Shown in pieces: positions 1-10,039 of a stretch of DNA of 64,000 bases; the stretch's first letter is position 1; each line of letters opens with the position of its first letter. The stretch is from a virus (Duplodnaviria > Caudoviricetes): IMG/VR virus record IMGVR_UViG_3300006201_000014, positions 6,784 through 70,783 of that record, one strand, 5' to 3'. The translations under genes and the position numbers were made by a program. Under the pieces are notes generated by a model. The model made no database searches. It worked only from the letters and a program-made list of their open reading frames with translations, and was not told where the DNA came from.

Positions 1-405
1 GCCAGCACAAATAAAGCAGAAGAGTGGAGAAGATATGTTAAAGACTTTTTTGAGAAAAACACTGATGATTATAGGGTTATCAATCCAACTGATTATTATC
101 AATATGGCAAGAATTATCATAAAACAGATAAAGAAGTTTTTAGATTTGATCTACGAAAAGTTAGTAATTCAGACATAGTTTTAGTTAATTTAAATGATAT
201 TAGAGAATCCATTGGGAGTTGTATAGAAGTTTATGAAGCGTATAAAAATAATATTCCTGTAGTTGGATTTTTAGATGATGAGTTGCCTGTAGAAAAAATA
301 ATTAAATTGATTCATCCGTGGATTTATTGTTGTGTGGATAGAATAGAAACCGGAAAAGATTCTTTAAATAAAGCACTTAACTACATAATAGATTATTACG
401 ATTAA
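1..405 (+). CDS. Partial (5'-truncated) nucleoside 2-deoxyribosyltransferase-like protein
   Basis: Frame 1 is open from base 1 to TAA at 403-405; the motifs INP..YY, DL..V..SDIVLVN, SIG..IEVYEAY resemble the NDT-like family; phage nucleotide-metabolism context. Confidence 0.55.
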   Translation, partial: ASTNKAEEWRRYVKDFFEKNTDDYRVINPTDYYQYGKNYHKTDKEVFRFDLRKVSNSDIVLVNLNDIRESIGSCIEVYEAYKNNIPVVGFLDDELPVEKIIKLIHPWIYCCVDRIETGKDSLNKALNYIIDYYD

Positions 406-466
406 GTTTTTGTAAATTAAAAAATGAATAAAAAGTATTAAATAGTATTAAAAAGGATAAAAAACT

Positions 467-613
467 ATGGAAATGATTAAAAACGAATATAAGTATAACA
501 TGAATTTCAAACGATATGTTAATGAATTTTGTAAGAGTAAAAAATGTAGTGTTGATGAAGCTTTACAGAATGATCAAGTTAAGAATATGTTTTGGCGATA
601 CACAGAGGTGTAG
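467..613 (+). CDS. Small hypothetical protein (48 aa, MEMIKNEYKYN...RYTEV)
   Basis: ATG at 467 after AAGGA; packed between neighbouring genes; below the ORF-track length cutoff. Confidence 0.5.
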   Translation: MEMIKNEYKYNMNFKRYVNEFCKSKKCSVDEALQNDQVKNMFWRYTEV

Positions 614-618
614 AAACA

Positions 619-849
619 ATGTTAATAAAACTTAATACAATTGATAATGTGAAAGAATTCGTGAACATATGTAATAAATACGATGCAGATATTGACGTAA
701 AACAGAACAAATTTACAGTAGATGGAAAGAGTATTTTAGGGATCTTCAGCTTAAATCTTATGGATCAGTTGGATGTTTACATATTGACACAGGATGAAAG
801 AGTTATCCAAGATTTTAGGCAGAAAATTTCAAAATGGGGAGTCTGTTAA
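619..849 (+). CDS. HPr-family phosphocarrier-like protein lacking the His15 equivalent
   Basis: ATG at 619 after GAGGTG; the motif VDGKSILG matches the HPr Ser46 loop; no GLHARP motif. Confidence 0.75.
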   Translation: MLIKLNTIDNVKEFVNICNKYDADIDVKQNKFTVDGKSILGIFSLNLMDQLDVYILTQDERVIQDFRQKISKWGVC

Positions 850-885
850 ATGCCTGTTTCAAGGGGCGAGAAGGGAGCCTGATAA

Positions 886-990
886 ATGAAAATTAGTTTA
901 TTGGATGGAGTTTTTGAATTTGATTTTGATTGGAAAGCAGTCGTAGGTATTGGGATCATAATTTTAGGATGTGCTTTATTAAAGATGTGA
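886..990 (+). CDS. Small membrane peptide (34 aa)
   Basis: ATG at 886 after AAGGGAG; hydrophobic C-terminus VVGIGIIILGCALL; stop abuts the nrdD SD. Confidence 0.4.
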   Translation: MKISLLDGVFEFDFDWKAVVGIGIIILGCALLKM

Positions 991-1004
991 GGAGGAACTA
1001 TTTA

Positions 1005-3073
1005 TTGCAGATAATTAAAAAAGACGGAACATTAGAACAATATGATGAACAAAAGATAATCAATGCTTGTAATAAGGCTGCAAGAAGAGCAATGGTTGAA
1101 TTATCTGATTCTGACTATCAAATCATTTGTAATGCTGTATGGGATAAACTGGTGGAAAATGATTTAGAAGATACAGAAATTTATGAAATGCACAATATTG
1201 TAGAAGCAGTGTTGGAGGAACATTATCCTATAGTTGCGAAAATGTATAAAGAATATAGAAATTATAAAAAAGACTTTGTACATATGATGGACAAGGTGTA
1301 TGAGAGAAGTCAGGCGATCAGATATATAGGAGATAAAAGTAATGCAAACACTGACTCTGCGCTAGTTGCAACAAAAAGGAGTCTTATCTATAACGAACTA
1401 AATGGAGAATTATATAAAAAGTTTTTCCTTACATTAAATGAGAAACAAGCAATGAAAGACGGATATATTTACATTCATGATAGAAGTGCAAGGCTCGATA
1501 CAATAAACTGTGATCTTATGCGTGTGGGAAAGATTATGCAAGGCGGATTTGAGATGGGAAATGTGTGGTATAACGAACCAAATTCACTTGATACGGCATT
1601 TGATGTTATGGGTGATATTATTATTTCAACAGCAGCACAACAATATGGTGGTTTTACAGTCCCAGAGGTAGACAAGATTCTTGCTCCGTATGCAGAAAAA
1701 TCCTATTGGAAATATAGAAAAGAATATGCAGATGTATGTGAATATATTGAAAAAGATAATGAAACTGTCCTTACTAATACTTCCAGTGCTGAAGAATGGG
1801 TAATGAAAAAAATTCAGCGTGATTTTGAACAGGGATGGCAAGGAATTGAATATAAGCTGAATACGGTTGGTTCCAGTCGAGGCGATTATCCCTTCGTTAC
1901 AATGACTATTGGATTGGCAACAGATAAATTTGGTAAGATGGCAGCTATTACCTTGCTGAATGTACATAAAGAAGGCCAGGGAAAGAAAGGATTTAAGCGT
2001 CCTGTACTATTTCCTAAGATTGTGTTCTTATATGATAAGAATTTGCATGGTGATGGTAGTGACAAATACCCGAGTGCAGATGTTTTTAATGCAGGCATAG
2101 AGTGTAGTAGTAAGACAATGTATCCTGATTGGTTGTCATTGACAGGTAATGGGTATGTGCCTGAAATGTATAAGAAATATGGCAGAGTGGTTAGTCCGAT
2201 GGGCTGTAGAGCTTTTTTATCGCCCTGGTATGAGAAGGGGGGTATGCATCCAGCAGACGAGAATGATAAACCGATATTCGAAGGAAGATGTAATTTAGGT
2301 GTTGTTTCATTACATTTACCTATGATATTGGCGAAAGCAAGACAAGAATCAAAAGATTTTTATGAAGTCTTAGAATATTATCTTGAACTAATCCGAGAAC
2401 TACATAAACGCACATATGACTATATTGGTGAACTTAGAGCAAGTGTAAATCCAGTGGCTTTTTGTGAAGGTGGATTATATGGTGGTCATTTAAAGCCAGA
2501 AGATAAGATTAAGTCAATTCTTCCACCAATGACTATGAGTTATGGGATTACGGCACTTAATGAATTGCAGAGATTATATAATGGTAAATCCATTCGTGAA
2601 GATGGAGAGTTTGCATTAGAAGTAATGCAGTATATCCAAAGATATATAGATAGGATCAAAGAAGAAGATAAGATTTTATATGCAATCTACGGTACGCCAG
2701 CAGAAAGCCTTTGTGGTTTGCAGATTGAACAGTTCCGCAAAATATATGGAATCATTGAAAATGTGTCAGATAAGCCTTATGTAAGCAATAGTTTCCATTG
2801 TCATGTATCTGAACAAATGTCTCCTATTGAAAAACAAGATAAAGAAGAAAGATTCTGGGGATATTTCAATGGTGGGAAGATTCAGTATTGCCGTTACAAT
2901 CTGGGATATAACATAGAAGCAATTAAAACATTAGTTCTCAGAGCAATGAAGAAAGGTTTCTATGAGGGTGTAAATCTTGCAATGTGTTATTGCGAGGATT
3001 GCGGTTATCAGCAAGTAGAAATGGATGTATGCCCTAAATGTGGAAGTGAGAAGATAACAAAGATTGACAGGAT
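1005..3073 (+). CDS. nrdD: Class III anaerobic ribonucleoside-triphosphate reductase, exon 1
   Basis: TTG start at 1005 after GGAGGA; N-terminal ATP cone (IIKKDG); MGCRAFL and GRCNLG motifs; CxxC...CxxC Zn site; reading ends IDR-AT at the splice site. Confidence 0.95.
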
Positions 3074-3371
3074 AGAAAATCCGTTTGTCCTGTATAAATA
3101 GGTTAAATTGCGGAGAAGTCCTTAGAGCCTCAAGAAGCTACAACGTAACTGGAAACGGTAAGCGTGAATGCGGAACAGCGAAAGCACATACCATAAAAAT
3201 TCTTGGGATTGGATTATCGGGGATGGAAGTTCCTCAGACGCAGCGAAACTCCTTAACGGATATGCCGAAGGAGAACGTTCAGAGACTATAATCCTACATA
3301 GATTGTATAGTCCAAACCGTCTGTGAAGGCAGAGTTAAAGTATTATGAAAATAACGGTATAAAAGATATTG
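3074..3371 (+). ncRNA. Group I intron (298 nt, no internal homing ORF)
   Basis: Exon ends in U and intron ends in G; IGS GTCCTGT (3087-3093) pairs with exon ACAGGAT with a U-G wobble; P10 CCGTTT (3081-3086) pairs with GAACGG; core elements AAATTGCGG, CGCAGC, GTTCAGAGACTA, TATAGTCC. Confidence 0.92.
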
Positions 3372-3462
3372 GAACGGTTATCTTGGGTTTACTAGAGTGC
3401 ACGGAGAAACTAGATATAATGATGCGAAGAATTCTGAGATTAAAGACAGAATTAGCATGTAG
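3372..3462 (+). CDS. nrdD: nrdD exon 2 carrying the glycyl-radical motif
   Basis: The spliced junction AT|G restores DR-MNGYLGFTRVHGETRYNDAKNSEIKDRISM*. Confidence 0.92.
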
Positions 3463-3476
3463 ATGGAGGTACTTAT

Positions 3477-4109
3477 ACGACAAAAGATTTTAGAGAGTTT
3501 ATAGGTAAAAAGTATTTAACAAATGAAGGATATGGAATTTTAATTATTGATTATATTGATAGGCACCATGTATTAATTAAGTTTGAAGATAGATCAGAGT
3601 TACAAATTTGGTGTACTCTACAAAATATTAAAAATGGGCAAATAAAAAATCCATATCACAAAACGGTATTTGGTTTAGGATATTATGGAAATGGAAAATA
3701 CACAGCGAGAATTAATAATATTAAAACAGAAGAATATGTTAAATGGTTTAGCATGTTTAACCGTTGCTACAATGAAAAATATCATGAGAAGCAACCTACA
3801 TATATTGGATGTAGTGTATCTGAAGAATTTTGGAATTTTCAAAATTTTGCAGAGTGGTATAACGAAAAGAAATATGTATGCAATTATCCATTAGAATTAG
3901 ATAAGGATTTATTGTATGAAGGAAATAAAATCTATTCCCCAAGCAGATGCTGTTTATTGCCAAAGGAAATAAATTGTGGAATTAATTATCATCGGCATGA
4001 CATTAAGTTTATGAATAAATTATATCGCAAATACAAAAATGAACTTCCTTATTATCTAAGAATGGAATTGTATAAACTGACTTTAGGAAATAAGGAGGAT
4101 GTTGTATAA
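3477..4109 (+). CDS. Free-standing HNH-type (His-Me finger) homing-endonuclease-like protein; start codon is ACG
   Basis: Frame is open from 3456; GGAGGT (3465-3470) lies 6 nt before ACG at 3477; W..M..RCY, PTY.GC.V..F..F..W, LDKD...GNK.YSP..C motifs are typical of phage HNH proteins. Confidence 0.65.
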   Translation, partial: TTKDFREFIGKKYLTNEGYGILIIDYIDRHHVLIKFEDRSELQIWCTLQNIKNGQIKNPYHKTVFGLGYYGNGKYTARINNIKTEEYVKWFSMFNRCYNEKYHEKQPTYIGCSVSEEFWNFQNFAEWYNEKKYVCNYPLELDKDLLYEGNKIYSPSRCCLLPKEINCGINYHRHDIKFMNKLYRKYKNELPYYLRMELYKLTLGNKEDVV

Positions 4110-4748
4110 ATGAATTATCATAATATTACATATCCAGATATGAATAACGGAAGTGGTTTGAGAGTCGTGTTATGGCTCTCAGGCTGTTCTCATAAGTGTA
4201 AAGGTTGTCAGAACCCTCAGACTTGGGATGCTAATAGTGGTATTCCATTCGATGAATCAGCAAAAGAAGAACTATTCAGAGAATTAGACAAAGATTATAT
4301 TTCGGGGCTAACATTAACAGGAGGTGATCCGCTTTTTGAAAGTAATCTTGATGGTGTACTGGATTTGGTTACTGAAGTAAACAAACGATATAACACGGCA
4401 CAAAATATAGTCCAAAATCAAGATAAAAACCACAATATATTGAATGAAAATGCCAATGAATTCCGTCCTTTAAGTCCACAAAAATCTATCTGGCTATATA
4501 CTGGATTCTATTGGGAAGAAATATTTGAACCATCATTTACAGAGCAATCACAAGAATGGATAGAACAATATTTAAAACGATGTGAAATCAGTAAACAAAT
4601 CATTTATCAGTGTAATGTATTAATAGACGGGAGATATGTAGATTCAGAGAGAGATATCACACTCCCATACAGAGGCAGCAAAAACCAAAGATTGATCGAC
4701 ATTCAGCAATCATTACAAGAAGGAGAAATAGTATTATGGCAAGCATAA
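4110..4748 (+). CDS. nrdG: Anaerobic RNR activating enzyme (radical SAM)
   Basis: GCSHKCKGC (CxxxCxxC), GLTLTGGDP, RGSKNQR; adjacent to nrdD. Confidence 0.95.
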   Translation: MNYHNITYPDMNNGSGLRVVLWLSGCSHKCKGCQNPQTWDANSGIPFDESAKEELFRELDKDYISGLTLTGGDPLFESNLDGVLDLVTEVNKRYNTAQNIVQNQDKNHNILNENANEFRPLSPQKSIWLYTGFYWEEIFEPSFTEQSQEWIEQYLKRCEISKQIIYQCNVLIDGRYVDSERDITLPYRGSKNQRLIDIQQSLQEGEIVLWQA

Positions 4749-4988
4749 CATATAGAATCCAAGGTTATTCCAAAGAATTTTTATAAAAACACAGATTCAG
4801 ATACAGTTGAATGCGAAATTACTGTGTCAGTCACGACTGGCGTTGTTAATTTAAATGTATATAATGCTGGCACTAAAGAACTATATGTGCCTTACTATGA
4901 TAGAGAATTCGGGAACTGTGAACTTTTAAAATCTATTGATATGAAGATCAGCAAAAAACTTAAAGAGTTAGGAATAGAAAAAGTATGA
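4736..4988 (+). pseudogene. Hypothetical gene apparently frameshifted in a T5 run near 4778-4782
   Basis: MASITYRIQGYSKEFL* stops early; removing one T continues YKNTDSDTVEC...GIEKV* to TGA at 4986-4988. Confidence 0.45.
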
Positions 4989-5164
4989 ATATGATTTTAA
5001 CATCAGAATGTGAAAAGTGTGATTATGGAATTATTGATGACAGTAATAAAGCAAATATCAAGGTAAAATGTTTGCAAAAAGATAAAGAATATTATTATGG
5101 ACAATGTATTCCGTGTGATAACAAACGGAAAAGAAAATTAGAAGGAGAAGATATAAATGGATAA
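4985..5164 (+). CDS. Small Cys-rich hypothetical protein (59 aa)
   Basis: ATG overlaps the upstream stop; CEKC...C...CIPC; stop overlaps the dut start. Confidence 0.55.
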   Translation: MNMILTSECEKCDYGIIDDSNKANIKVKCLQKDKEYYYGQCIPCDNKRKRKLEGEDING

Positions 5165-5681
5165 AATAGCGCAGTTTGAAAAGGTATCATATAAACAATT
5201 TATGCGTGATTACATAGATATATTCAAGTTAAAGCCAGAATCATATGAATTAGTAAAAATTGAAAAAATGTATCAGGACATAAATTTGCCAACTAGAGCA
5301 ACTAAAGGTAGTGCTGGGTATGATTTTAAGTCTCCTATGGATATAAACTTACTCCCTGGTGAAACTATCAAAATTCCTACTGGAATTAGGAGTAAAATAG
5401 ACGATGGATGGGTACTTAATCTCTATCCTCGAAGTGGCTTAGGATTTAAATATCGTTTACAATTAGACAATACTGTAGGGATTATAGACAGTGATTATTA
5501 TGGATCAAGTAATGAAGGACATATTATGGTTAAGATTACCAATGATACAAAAGAAGGAAAGCAGGTCAAGATTGCTAGAGGACAAGGTTTTGTACAAGGT
5601 ATTTTTATCCCATATGGAATTACTGTTGATGATACAGTAGATAAAGATCGGGATGGTGGCTTTGGAAGTACAGGAAAGTAG
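5157..5681 (+). CDS. dut: Trimeric dUTPase
   Basis: SAGYD, PRSG, GIIDSDYYG, RDGGFGSTG motifs. Confidence 0.95.
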   Translation: MDKIAQFEKVSYKQFMRDYIDIFKLKPESYELVKIEKMYQDINLPTRATKGSAGYDFKSPMDINLLPGETIKIPTGIRSKIDDGWVLNLYPRSGLGFKYRLQLDNTVGIIDSDYYGSSNEGHIMVKITNDTKEGKQVKIARGQGFVQGIFIPYGITVDDTVDKDRDGGFGSTGK

Positions 5682-5684
5682 GTG

Positions 5685-5888
5685 ATGTTTATAAAAAAAG
5701 ATATTCCTATATGGGAAAAAATTAATTTAACAATTGAAGAGGCGGCTGCTTATAGTAACATTGGAATAAATCGTATCAATGAAATGATAAAACAGTCAAA
5801 TTGTACGTTTGTCTTATATATAGGGAGAAAGAAACTTATTAAACGCAAGGAATTTGAAAAATACCTTGAAAGAGTAATTGAGTTGTAA
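5685..5888 (+). CDS. xis: Excisionase (winged HTH)
   Basis: LTIEEAAAYSNIGINRI...IGRKKLIKR; directly upstream of the integrase. Confidence 0.85.
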   Translation: MFIKKDIPIWEKINLTIEEAAAYSNIGINRINEMIKQSNCTFVLYIGRKKLIKRKEFEKYLERVIEL

Positions 5889-5977
5889 TGTGGACTTGTG
5901 AGCTTTTATGTGGTATCATATAAATACTGTATAAAGGCTCTTTTCTTTTTAAGGTATAAAAGAAAGGAGATTTTTCG

Positions 5978-7168
5978 ATGGGTAAAGATTTAAAAGGAAA
6001 GGAGTTAGGTGTTGGCATAAGTCAACGGAAAGATAAGGTATATCAAGCAAGATATTCCGACAGATGGGGGAAAAGAAAAACAATTTACAATAAAAATTTA
6101 AGGGAGTTGCGAAAGCAGCTTGCAAAAGCTATTTCTAGTAATGAGAATCTTTCAAGTATAAAAGAGGAAATCACACTTGATAAATGGTTTGCCAGATGGA
6201 TGGAGATTTATAAAGAAAAGAGTATAAGACCTAATACCAAGAGGGAGTATACCCACATATATAATAAAAATATATCACCTTATATAGGTGAAAGGCGCAT
6301 CAATTCTTTGATGAAATCAGATATCCAGATGCTTATTGACAGGGCAAGCGATAATAATTATGCTTATGAGCGGCAAAGTAAGATCAAGATCATTCTCAAA
6401 GATATGCTCCAGAGGGCGGTCGAGGACAATCTTATTATAAATAATCCTGTGAGTGGCATTAAATTAAGGGCAGATAAAGAAATTAAGGCAAAATCTTTGA
6501 CGTTGGATGAACAGAATACATTTTTCGAATACTGCCAGAACACGTTTTATGACAATCTTTTCAATGTAGCTGTAAATACAGGACTGCGCCCTGGAGAACT
6601 TTTTGCTTTGCAGTTAGGCGATATTGACTTTGATTACGGGTTTATTGACGTGAATAAAACTCTTGTCTACCAGAAATATCTGACAGATGAGAGGAAAGAG
6701 TTCCATGTCGAACCGCCGAAAACAAAACAGAGTTACAGGAAAGTCCCGATCAACAGTGTTTGTAGGGAATATTTGCAAAGGCAGATAGAATTAAAGAGAG
6801 TCGTTTCCCAAAAAAGACCAAAGCAACAAAATGAATATCTGTTTGTGACAAAGTTTAACACGCCGCTTAACTCTGTCATATACTCAGACGCGATAAAGGC
6901 GGTTATAAGACAGATAAACCTTATGAAACCATTTGATGACCAATTTGAGGTGTTCAGTGGTCATGCATTTCGCCACACATTTGCTACAAGGTGTTTTGAA
7001 AATGGGGTGGATGCAAAAGTGGTACAGAGTTACCTCGGACACGCAAGCCTCAAGATGACAATGGATTTGTACACGCATGTCACGAATGAAAAATCCATGA
7101 TGGACATTGAAAAAATTGTACCGGAAAGTAAAAGTAAGATTGTGGATATCAGGCGCAAGATGGCTTAA
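5978..7168 (+). CDS. int: Tyrosine integrase with an N-terminal arm-binding domain
   Basis: TGLRPGE, HAFRHTFAT, LGHAS...TMDLY catalytic motifs. Confidence 0.95.
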   Translation: MGKDLKGKELGVGISQRKDKVYQARYSDRWGKRKTIYNKNLRELRKQLAKAISSNENLSSIKEEITLDKWFARWMEIYKEKSIRPNTKREYTHIYNKNISPYIGERRINSLMKSDIQMLIDRASDNNYAYERQSKIKIILKDMLQRAVEDNLIINNPVSGIKLRADKEIKAKSLTLDEQNTFFEYCQNTFYDNLFNVAVNTGLRPGELFALQLGDIDFDYGFIDVNKTLVYQKYLTDERKEFHVEPPKTKQSYRKVPINSVCREYLQRQIELKRVVSQKRPKQQNEYLFVTKFNTPLNSVIYSDAIKAVIRQINLMKPFDDQFEVFSGHAFRHTFATRCFENGVDAKVVQSYLGHASLKMTMDLYTHVTNEKSMMDIEKIVPESKSKIVDIRRKMA

Positions 7169-7434
7169 ATGGTGTAGTGATGGTGTAGTAATGGTGTAAA
7201 ACCCGAAATAAAATGCAGTAAAATCAATGGTTTCGAGGCATTTTGTGTTATAATTAATAAACTTTTTATGTATATCAGGTGACTCCGTACAAATGGTGTT
7301 AAAAGCTTGAAAATGCTAGGTTTTATGCGTGTTTGTGGTTTTTGAAAAACGATGTATTTCCATGTAAATCTATGCTATTTTATACCATAATGGTGTAGTA
7401 AATGGTGTAGTAAAATCTTTAAAAATGGTGTAGT
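7169..7434. repeat. attP-like site: two clusters of ATGGTGTAGT arm repeats flanking a central core
   Basis: Copies at 7169, 7180, 7191 (partial) and at 7390, 7402, 7425; immediately 3' of int. Confidence 0.75.
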
Positions 7435-7567
7435 AACTTAAAACAAGAAAAGAGCCTAATATATAGCAATCAAAAAGGTAATCAGATATATGTTCGATTA
7501 AAAACGTAAGAAAGGAGAGTATCTTGCACGTATGATGTTAGTACATGTAAAAGTAGATCTAGTTGAC

Positions 7568-7581
7568 TAAATGGCGATTTA
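7568..7581 (+). other. Inversion crossover site A (TAAATGGCGATTTA)
   Basis: TAAAT/ATTTA arms around a GGCG spacer; the same site recurs at 8849, 12767 and 13944; encodes NGDL. Confidence 0.85.
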
Positions 7582-8241
7582 CAGACTGCTTATCTACTAC
7601 AGGGCGGTACGCTGATTCCCGCAGGGGCCGATCTGAAATCAGACGCTTATAAAGTGCCGGGGAATTATTACTGCAATACTAATGCCGTTACAAATACATT
7701 AATTAATTGCCCTGCATATCAAGCGTTTACTTTAAAGGTAGAGTTGGCAAGTGGAAATGGATATCCCAGACAAACATTTAGAGAACATTCTTCGCAGAAA
7801 ATTGTTACTCGCACATTCAATCCGTATGATAATTCATGGACAGATATTGTCTCCTATGTCCGAAGTTCCGATTTATCCGTCTCTTATGTCGACCTAATTA
7901 ATAAACTAGACATGAATTTTTTTGATGCCGATCCTGGAAATCTGTATGCAAGTATTTATAAATATGGAAGAATTATTATGCTGTCGATTTCTGGTTACAC
8001 AAAAAATCTATCTGGAATGGATTATATAATTCCTGTTGGCGGGATTCCTGGTGAATACAGGCCATATGTCAACATGACATTTGAATCCCATGGAAGAAGT
8101 AATCCTCAATGGATTGACGCCTCAAATTACCCAATTGCGGTCAGGCCTTTAACTGATGGAAGTGTTGTGCTTTCTACTGGAACAAATAAAAATGACATAA
8201 GGTATATAAACATAGGATGTACATACTTTTCCCGAAATTAA
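7570..8241 (+). CDS. Silent tail-fibre C-terminal cassette A
   Basis: Begins NGDL right after an in-frame TGA; first ~95 aa are paralogous to the expressed cassette (GADLKSD.Y..PGNYYC...YPRQ.F). Confidence 0.85.
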   Translation, partial: NGDLQTAYLLQGGTLIPAGADLKSDAYKVPGNYYCNTNAVTNTLINCPAYQAFTLKVELASGNGYPRQTFREHSSQKIVTRTFNPYDNSWTDIVSYVRSSDLSVSYVDLINKLDMNFFDADPGNLYASIYKYGRIIMLSISGYTKNLSGMDYIIPVGGIPGEYRPYVNMTFESHGRSNPQWIDASNYPIAVRPLTDGSVVLSTGTNKNDIRYINIGCTYFSRN

Positions 8242-8260
8242 TCGACGATAGGTATTCTGG

Positions 8261-8857
8261 TCATTGCGGATTGATAGCATTAACCGTTACTTCGCCCCAT
8301 TTTAACGCACCGTCCATAAAACTGCCAGTTGTTATTTGTACACCTTTGGAGCTATATTTTGTAATTTGAAATACTCCATAAGTGCCAAGGGCTTTGTATA
8401 TATATCCGCATGGACTACCGCCATTTATTGGGGGGAAATCCACAGATGTGCCAAAGCGGAAAATATTCATGTCCCCTATTTCCATGGAATTGAACAGGGA
8501 AGTTAATGCTGCCTCTAATTCAGATATGGATGCGAATTTTCCAATATGGGGGAGATGCTTTTTGGAATTATTAATCAAATCGGGTTCAGTAACTATCTTC
8601 CCAACAAGAGTTACATTCCCTCCGGATATTTTATATAATGCTGGGGAGCCCGCTTCCTGCAATATAAAATTCCCATAGGCATTGTTTACTTTGTACCCAA
8701 AGCCACCATGTGTAATATCTGAAGAAGAATATTTGCGACGGATGGTAAACGAAAATGCCCGCATTAATGGCAATGATTGGTATTTTGAAATAAATACGTC
8801 CCATCCATTTTCTGTGTTATCCTCAATGTAAAAATTGTTATAGTCCTGTAAATCGCC
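8261..8857 (-). CDS. Silent tail-fibre C-terminal cassette B
   Basis: Frame opens at GDL within site B; in-frame TAA just upstream; convergent with cassette A. Confidence 0.8.
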   Translation of the reverse strand, partial: GDLQDYNNFYIEDNTENGWDVFISKYQSLPLMRAFSFTIRRKYSSSDITHGGFGYKVNNAYGNFILQEAGSPALYKISGGNVTLVGKIVTEPDLINNSKKHLPHIGKFASISELEAALTSLFNSMEIGDMNIFRFGTSVDFPPINGGSPCGYIYKALGTYGVFQITKYSSKGVQITTGSFMDGALKWGEVTVNAINPQ

Positions 8858-8862
8858 ATATT
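8849..8862 (-). other. Inversion crossover site B (AATATGGCGATTTA, left arm degenerate)
   Basis: 12/14 match to the consensus site, on the opposite strand to site A. Confidence 0.75.
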
Positions 8863-8864
8863 AT

Positions 8865-9460
8865 TTCATTATCATGGGAGCGTCCGGCAGCGGAAAAACA
8901 TATCTGTCCAATGCGCTTGGCGTGGCGGCATGCAGGAATTACCTGACTGTCAGATATGTGCGGATCCCAGTTCTCCTGAACGAACTTGCTTTAGCCCGTG
9001 GAGAAGGCATATACCTGAAATTGATTAAAGCTTATCAGAAGGTAAGTTTGCTGATTATTGATGAGTTCCTTCTTACACTGCTCACGAATGAGAGCAGGCC
9101 AACGATCTGCTGGAGGTCATTGAGCCGAGGACAGGGCGCGGTTCCATCATCTTCTGTACCCAATTCGAGCCGGACGGCTGGAATGAACTGGGCAAGGTAT
9201 ATGATCCGGCAAGAGAGTGGATCAGTACCATAGATATCCTTTCAAATCTGGATATGCCATACTATGACAGCCTGGCGTACCAGGAGTACGTCCGGCTCTA
9301 TTATGATGGTGGCGACTCGATGTCCTTTAAGGGATTTATTGATTCCATGGTGAAGCTTGCAAAAGATATTAATGACGAACAGTACTAAGTTATCAATGAC
9401 CTCCTTATAATCGAAAGCACTCCCTTCCTGAAGAATCGCACCGGATTCCCGGAAGGGGTG
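8865..9460 (+). pseudogene. istB: IS21 IstB ATPase fragment (frameshifted, 5'-truncated), fused to unrelated sequence and followed by an IS-end-like tract
   Basis: GASGSGKTY Walker A and LLIIDE Walker B; frameshift after LLTNE; higher GC than flanks. Confidence 0.7.
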
Positions 9461-9466
9461 CACTAA

Positions 9467-9691
9467 TCAAGCGGTATATTCTCTAAAGAATATGCTGGAG
9501 TAATTCTTATCTTCCGTAGAGAGTACATATATGTTTTTTACTGATATAATTTCATCATCATCTCCCTTAAATTTGAAGGAAATTGGATTCGGTTCATTTT
9601 TGTACGAAAACCAAGACAGACACGCTATATTTCTTCTTATCCCTCTAATATCACCTTTTTTAAACTCGTTATAAGACGCATTAAAAGCCAT
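9467..9691 (-). pseudogene. Truncated hypothetical gene, probably non-phage
   Basis: ORF track 74 aa; ends at the IS-like tract; sits among gene fragments. Confidence 0.4.
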
Positions 9692-10039
9692 TCATAACAC
9701 CTTCTATTATTTTATCATTCCTTACATGAAAATGAGGACACGCGCATTCTGGCGGCTTACACGGCTATATTATGAGCATAACAACTGTAAAATTTTTCTT
9801 TTGTTTAAAAAATCCATGAACAAGATTGTGTAGCCCTCAAGTTTCTCTTCGTCAGTTTGCATTGCTCAATACCATATATCAAGTGCCATCTTTACGGTAA
9901 TCTCTATATTGTGATAATAATAGAGAGTGACACTTGTATGTGTTACAACATCTTCGATTAATAATTTGGCATCCTGGTTTTAAAAACAAACTTCATATAG
10001 ATTATTTTTTGTAATTGGCATATAAGCATCTTCCCTTTT

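Noticed and set aside
3085-3291. 68-aa ORF overlapping the nrdD end
   Set aside because: Lies within the intron core and has no endonuclease motif; chance ORF in GC-richer RNA.
7169-7434. ATGGTGTAGT repeats as CRISPR or iterons
   Set aside because: Length, clustering and position just after int fit integrase arm sites.
9720-9990. Degraded minus-strand reading frame with internal stops
   Set aside because: Too decayed to assign a family.
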